The position numbers and the translations under genes are program-made. From Scenedesmus sp. PABB004 (Eukaryota): a stretch of DNA of 64,000 nucleotides. Positions 58,748 through 64,000 of this stretch are shown one piece after another. The notes beneath the pieces are model-generated. The model ran no database searches. It was not told where the DNA came from and saw nothing but the letters and a program-made list of their open reading frames with translations. The stretch spans positions 434,001 to 498,000 of the forward strand of contig JABVCE010000025.1 in NCBI GenBank assembly GCA_014905635.1. Reading direction: 5' to 3'. Position 1 is the first letter of the stretch; the number at the start of each line of letters is the position of its first letter.

Positions 58748-61700
58748 TCACTTCGGCAGCATTTGCTTGAAGTCGGCGTTGCTCTTGGGCTTGTCGTCGC
58801 CGCCGCCGCCGTCGCCGCCCGGCTGCTGCCCCGCCGCGTGCTTCGCCAGCAGCGCGCGCGGCACGAGGGCGGGCGCGCGGGCGGGCTTGTCGTCCTCCAG
58901 CTGCAGGTGGTGCCGCATGTGCCCGTCGCCGTGCGCGTCGTCGTGCTGGTGGGCGTCCCGCCCGCGCCCGCGCCCGCCAAAGCCGCGCCCGCGGCCGCCG
59001 TGGTGGTCAAAGCCGTCGCCGCGCCCGCCGCGCCCGCGGCCGCCAAAGCCCTCGCCGCGCCCGCCGCGCCCGCCGAAGCCCTCGCCGCGCCCGCCGCGCC
59101 CGCCGAAGCCCTCGCCGCGCCCGCCGCGCCCGCGGCCGCGCCCGCCGGCGCCGGGCGGCTCCGACTTTGCGATGAAGAGGCGGCGGCCGTTGAGGACCTG
59201 GCCGTCCTTCTCGCTCGCCTTGGCCACGCCGTCGTCGCTCTCAAACTCAACGTACGCAAAGCCCTGCGGCGGCCGCGGCGACCGGCAGCGTGGGCGGGCG
59301 CCGCGCCGCCGCGGGGCAGTGCCGCGTGCGCGCGCGCGCGTGCGTTGCGTTGTGTGCCTGCGTCGTGCGCGGCGCGGCGCACCCGCGCTGCGCCAGTGAA
59401 CTTGTCCTTGCCGATGCGCACGCTCTTCACGCCCAGGCCCTCGAACAGGCGGCGCAGGTCGTCCTCGGCCACGTCAAAGCCCATGCCCTTGACAAACACG
59501 GTGTGCTCGTCGGTGTAGACTGGACGCTCAGGCGGCAGCACGCCGCCGCGGCCCGCGTCAGCCATGTCGGCGTCGCCGCCGCCGGCGCCGCGGCTGCGCT
59601 TGCCCGCGGGCGCAGCGGCGCCGCCGTCGGCGGGCGGCGGCGCGACGGGCTCGCCGCCGTGGTCGCGCTTCGTGCCGGGCTTGCCTGCGCGCGCGTGGCA
59701 CGGCGCGGCGCGGCGGGCGCGTGGGCGCGGCCGCGGCGGCCAGGGGGGGGGGCAGCGGGCGCGGCGAGCGCCCCGGCGCGTCGGCTGCGCGGCGCGGGGC
59801 TTACGTTCTTTGTAGTTTGGGTCGTTGGCGCGCCGCATCGCGCGCACCTCCTCGCGCGTCAGCTGCTTGCCCGCCGCGGCGGCCTGCGCGGGCGCGGGGC
59901 GGGCGGGCCGTGGGGAGGAGGCAGCGAGCCTGCCAGCACCGGGAGGAAGGGGGCGCCGTGGGCCTTCCGCGGACGGCGCCCAGGCGCCTGCGGCGGCGCC
60001 GCCGCCGCCGCACCCGGGACTGCGCCGCCGCGGGCTGGTGCGCCGCCGCCGCCGCCGCGGCGCGCGCCTCCTCGATGATGGGGTCGACCTTGAGGCTCGC
60101 GGCAAACAGCTCCTCCGCGCTGCACGCAGCGGGCGGGCGCGGGCGCGGGCGTGGGCGGTGAGGCGCGGCGGGCGGTGAGGCGCGGCGGCAGCACGCGGCG
60201 CGGGCGTGGGCGCGCACGGGCGCGCGCCGCGTGTGCGGGGGCCCGGCCCGGCGGCGCGTGGTGGGCGCACCTGCCCTCCTCGCGCTCAAACTTCATCCAC
60301 TCGTACGCGAGCGCCACCTGGCCGCCCGCCTCGTACTTGCGGCTGTACGCGCGCTTGAACAGCGACCGCGCGGCGCCAAGCTCGCGCAGCGAGCGCTCCA
60401 TGGCCGCCCACGCAAGCCACGTCTCCGCGTACCTGCGGCCCGCGGCGGCGGCGGCGGCGGCGCGCTCGGCTGCGCGGGCCGCACGCCGGGGGCCGCGTGG
60501 CGCGGCGCGGCGCGGCCCCACCCCCGGCGCCGCGGCGAGACTCACCGCCCCAGCGGGCCCTTGACCGTGTCCTCCCACACCGCCCGCATCGCGCCGCGGT
60601 CCCCCAGCAGCGCGCCCTCGCAGTGCGCCCAGTAGCCAGGCAGGCGCAGCGCGCGGTCGGGCGCATCGGGCGCGGCCGCGGCCATGGTGTCGCGCGCGCG
60701 GCCAAACCAGGCGCGCAGCCGCGCCGCCGCCTCGCTGCCCGCCGCGCCGGGCCCCGGCGCCGGCAGCGCGCGGCGCAGCGCGTCGGCGCGGGCGAGCAGC
60801 ACTGCGATGTAGTCCTCGGGGCCCTGCAGGCCCGCCGCGAGCGCGCGCTCCGCCATGGCCTCGTGCTCAGCGTCCGGCCCGTCCAGCCGCTCGTGTGCGC
60901 GCAGCGCGCTTGACCACAGCGACCCCACCCAGGGGCAGTTGCGCACGGCGCGCGCATACGCCTGCGCGCGGCGGGCGGCGGCGCCAGCGGTCGGCGGTCG
61001 GCGGCAGGCGCGCGGCGCGCCGCCGGGGCCGCCCTGGTGGCGCCGCGCCGCTGCCGCGCCGCGCCGCCGCCTCGCTCTCAACGGCAGCCCCCCGCGCCCT
61101 CGGCGCGCGCTTGCCTTGTTGATGAGGCGCGGGACCTTGAGCTCCGCCTCCAGGTAGCGCCCGTACTGCGCCCACAGCTCCGCGGTCACCGGGAAGGCCG
61201 CCAGCGCGCGCTCGTACAGCAGCACCACGCGGCTGGGGTCCTTCTGGGCCTTCTCAAGCTGCGCAGCGGCGGCGCGGTGAGCGGCGGCAAGCGCGCCGTG
61301 AGCGGCGGCGGCGGCGGCGGCTGGCGGGCAGCGACAGCTGGCGGGCAGCGGCGGCTGGCGGCAGCGGCGGCTGGCGGGCGGCAGCGGCTGGCGGGCGGGC
61401 GGCAGCGGCTGGCGTGGCGCGCCTGAATGTAGGCCATGTACGCCGCCAGCAGCGCCGCGTCGGCGGGCTTGTCCGACGCCACCGACGCCTCGTGCACCGC
61501 GCGCAGCTCCGCCGCGGCCGCGGAGCGCTGCGCGGCGGCGCGGATGTGCTCCGGCACGGACCCCTGCCGGCGGCGGGCGCGGCGGCGGCGGTCAGCGCGG
61601 CGAGCGCGGCGATGCGGCGCTCGCCGCCGGCTGCGCCGCGGCCCGGGCGCCGCGCGGCGCCGCGCCACCTTGCCGTGCTCCGCCTCCCAGGCCTCGTACT

Positions 61701-62854
61701 CAGCCAGCAGCTCCGCCGCCTTGAGCTGCGGCAGCTGCAGCTGGCGGTGCCACAGCGCGCGCACGCGCTCCACCTGCTTCTCGTCCGCCGGCGCCGCCTC
61801 GGCCAGGCCCTGCTCAAACGCCCTGCGAGCGACGCACGGCGCCGGCAGCGGAGCGCGGCCGCGTCGGCTGCTGCCGCATCGGCTGCTGCCGCGGGGGCGA
61901 GCGAGCACGCAACCGCACTGTCGCGCCCGACGCCGGTACGGCCGTCGGCCCAGTCCGGTCAGCGGGGCGTCGGCTCTGCAGCCCGGCGCACCTGAAGAGC
62001 TTCCACAGCTCCGGGCCCTCCGACAGGTGCAGCCCCGCCGCCGTGATCGCGGCCTCGGCGGCCTCCCGGAACGCCGCCAGCCCCGCCGGCGTCTTGCCCG
62101 ACACCTCCGGGTCCACGCCCTGCAGAAACCTGGTGGCGGCGGGCGGCGGCGGGCGGCGGCGGCGGCGGCGGGCGGCGGTTGGCCGCCGCCGGCTGGCGAG
62201 CGCGCGCGCCGCCCGCGCGCGAGCGGGCGCCTGCGGCGCCCCGGCGCTGCCGCCAGCGCCGCCACTGCCCTCCCCAGGCGCCCCGCTGCGCGGGCCTCAC
62301 TCCAGGTAGGACTCCCAGATGGCCACCGAGACGTAGTCCTCGACCGCGGCGGCGAACAGCGCCTTGACGCGGCCGACGTCCTCCGCGCTCGCCAGGGCGT
62401 CCATCTCGTCGTTGATCCAGTCCATCCACTGGCCCTCATTGAAGGGAAAGAGGTCGTGCATGCGCTGCCGCGCCTGGCGCAGCCGCTCGCGCAGGCGGGC
62501 CTTGCGCAGCAGGGCGATCAGCTGCGACGCGCGCCGCGGCGCGGGCACGGTCGCGGGCGGCGGGGGCGGGGCGGGATGCGGTGCGTCGGCCTGGGATCGA
62601 GCGCCCGCACCCCGCGCCGCGGCGCCAGCGCCCGCCCGCGCGGCGCCAGCGCCTGCCGAAGCGCGGCCCATCTGTCGCGGCCCGCCCACCTGCACGTGGC
62701 TGTCGTAGACCGTCGGCGCCGCGGCGAGGGCCGCCTCCAGGCCCATGATCGCCTGCTCCTCGGCGGGCGTCAGCTCCACCTCCTCCTCCTCGCTGCTGGA
62801 GCCGTCGCTGCTGTCGCCCATCGCAACGTCGGCAGCGGCGACCGGCTCCGCCAT
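58748..62854 (-). CDS. SART3: SART3/Prp24 U4/U6 recycling factor (HAT repeats + RRM + Lsm-interaction motif)
   Basis: About 14 exons. HAT repeats (WMDWINDE, LFAAAVEDY.SV.IW, LYERALAAFP...LWAQY, YARAVRNCPW), RRM (TVFVKGM...RGFAYVEF...LNGRRLFI), RGG repeats, terminal KPKSNADFKQML. Confidence 0.92.
58975..59145 (-). repeat. Coding 27-bp repeat encoding (GGRGGRGEGF)-type RGG motifs
   Basis: Near-perfect 27-nt units ccgccgaagccctcgccgcgcccgccgcg in the SART3 last exon. Confidence 0.85.
61300..61415. repeat. Intronic degenerate tandem repeat (GGCGGGCAGCGGCT-like)
   Basis: Repeated ggcggcagcggctggcgg units in a SART3 intron. Confidence 0.7.
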
Positions 62855-63317
62855 GGCGAGGCCGGGGGCTGCCGCAGGGGCGCTGCGGCGGCCGCCGCGG
62901 CGCGCGCGCCGGCGTGCGCTGCGCGGGCGGCGGGCGGCGCTGTGTGCGGGCGGGGGCGCGCGGCGTGCGAGCGCGGCCAGCGGCGCCGGATGTGCTGCAG
63001 GTGCTGCTCTGGCGACGGCGGCGTGGGCGCTGCACATAGCGGCGTGCACGCGCCGCGGTGGGCTTTATCGACGTCGCCCCGCCGCTGCGCCCTGCGCCGC
63101 CGTCGTCGCGCGCGCCGCCGCCGGGGGGAGGCCGTCTGCCCGCTGCGCTGCCCGGTCACTGTGACGGCAGGAGCGCGCGTCAGGAAGCCGCGACGCGGAC
63201 GCGCGGCAGCCCGGCACACACCAGTCGATCCCCCTCGAGCAGCAGCGCGGCGCCAAGGGCGGGCAGGCCGGGCGGGGCGCGGCGGACCAGGCGGGCGGGG
63301 CGTGGCGGACCAGCCCC

Positions 63318-64000
63318 ATGATGCAGGGCGGCCCGCCCGGGGGCGCACCGCCCCCGGGCGCGCCTGGCGCGGCGCCGCAGCAGCTCGACCCGGAGCAGGC
63401 GGCGGCCATGCTGGAGGAGAAGGTGCGTCCCGGACGCCCCGATCGGCGCTCGCGCGCGGTCGGCCGGGCGCGGGGGGCGCGCGGCGCCGGCAGCAGCAGC
63501 CTCCCGCATGATGCCGGGCCGTGCGGGCGCCCCGCGGCGCGCCTGCGCCGGCGGGCGCGCCCCCTGGTGGCGCCGCGCCCGGGGCGCATGGGAGAGGCGC
63601 GAGCACGGCGCGGCGGCGGGCGCGCGGCGGCGCAGCGCGCGCCGACCGCGCGGCAGCAGCGGCGGCGGCGGCGGCGGCCGCGCGCCCTGCGCGCGCGGCT
63701 CCGCGCCGCGCCGCCGCGCGCGCGCACGCGGCAGTGCCGTCCTGCAGCGGGGCGGGGCGGGGCGAGCGCCGGCGGGCGCGGGCGGGCGCGCCGCGCCGGC
63801 GCCGCCGGCGTGTGGCAGCGCCGCCGCCCGCTCACCGCCGCGCGCCGCCGCCGCGCGCCGCGCCGCTGCTGCAGGTGCGCAAGTGGCAGACGCTCAACGG
63901 CAAGCGCTACGCGGAGAAGCGCAAGTATGGCTACACGCAGGCGCAGAAGGAGGAGATGCCGCCGGAGCACGTGCGCAAGGTCATCCGCGACCACGGCGAC
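63318..64000 (+). CDS. PRP8: Pre-mRNA splicing factor PRP8, 5' part (truncated by window edge)
   Basis: Exons 63318-63422 and 63875-64000+. [47 protein letters not shown] matches the conserved Prp8 N-terminus. Confidence 0.95.
   Translation, partial: MMQGGPPGGAPPPGAPGAAPQQLDPEQAAAMLEEKVRPGRPDRRSRAVGRARGARGAGSSSLPHDAGPCGRPAARLRRRARPLVAPRPGRMGEARARRGGGRAAAQRAPTARQQRRRRRRPRALRARLRAAPPRARTRQCRPAAGRGGASAGGRGRARRAGAAGVWQRRRPLTAARRRRAPRRCCRCASGRRSTASATRRSASMATRRRRRRRCRRSTCARSSATTA

Noticed and set aside
1..64000. Hundreds of long overlapping Arg/Ala/Pro/Gly-rich ORFs (e.g. 32300-34912 +, 52317-55001 -, 1098-3524 +)
   Set aside because: Expected from stop-codon scarcity at this GC content. They are shadow frames or read through introns, and the spliced models explain the recognisable motifs.
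1..64000. tRNA, rRNA, telomeric repeats, retroelement or viral genes
   Set aside because: None recognised by eye; tRNAscan-SE and Infernal would be needed to exclude small RNAs.

Overview
Very GC-rich (roughly 75-80% by eye), gene-dense, intron-rich eukaryotic nuclear DNA. Short introns with GTGCG/GTGAG donors and (Y)GCAG acceptors, TGTAA polyadenylation signals and plastid-transit-like N-termini point to a chlorophyte green alga (Sphaeropleales/Selenastraceae-like; inference). I reconstruct about 23 protein-coding genes, all spliced except one. In order: two class-3 lipases, glycerate kinase, an intronless ketopantoate reductase, a DarP/YjgA-like protein, a SirB1/transglutaminase-like protein, pyroglutamyl peptidase I, malic enzyme, a WD-repeat protein, a cation/Ca exchanger, a tandem SpoVS-like protein, GST, a secreted Cys-rich repeat protein, R2R3-MYB, Cu P1B-ATPase, VAC14, RPL23, Fcf2, USE1, a thioredoxin-like protein, a tRNA nucleotidyltransferase-family enzyme, RED, SART3/Prp24 and the 5' end of PRP8. 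Most long six-frame ORFs are artefacts of stop-codon scarcity. Top observations: (1) a ~870 bp, ~99% identical inverted duplication (32156-33023 / 36450-37319) brackets the MYB gene and duplicates its upstream region plus first four codons, so the copy points antisense into the gene; (2) at least 17 introns use GC donors, including 7 of 10 in VAC14; (3) the nucleotidyltransferase has a shortened flexible loop like CC-only-adding enzymes; (4) a secreted protein carries an unfamiliar Cys/Trp-Pro repeat; (5) a eukaryotic protein carries tandem SpoVS-like domains; (6) RED, SART3 and PRP8 form an adjacent spliceosomal cluster. Exon boundaries were read by eye, and product calls rest on motif recognition, not database searches.
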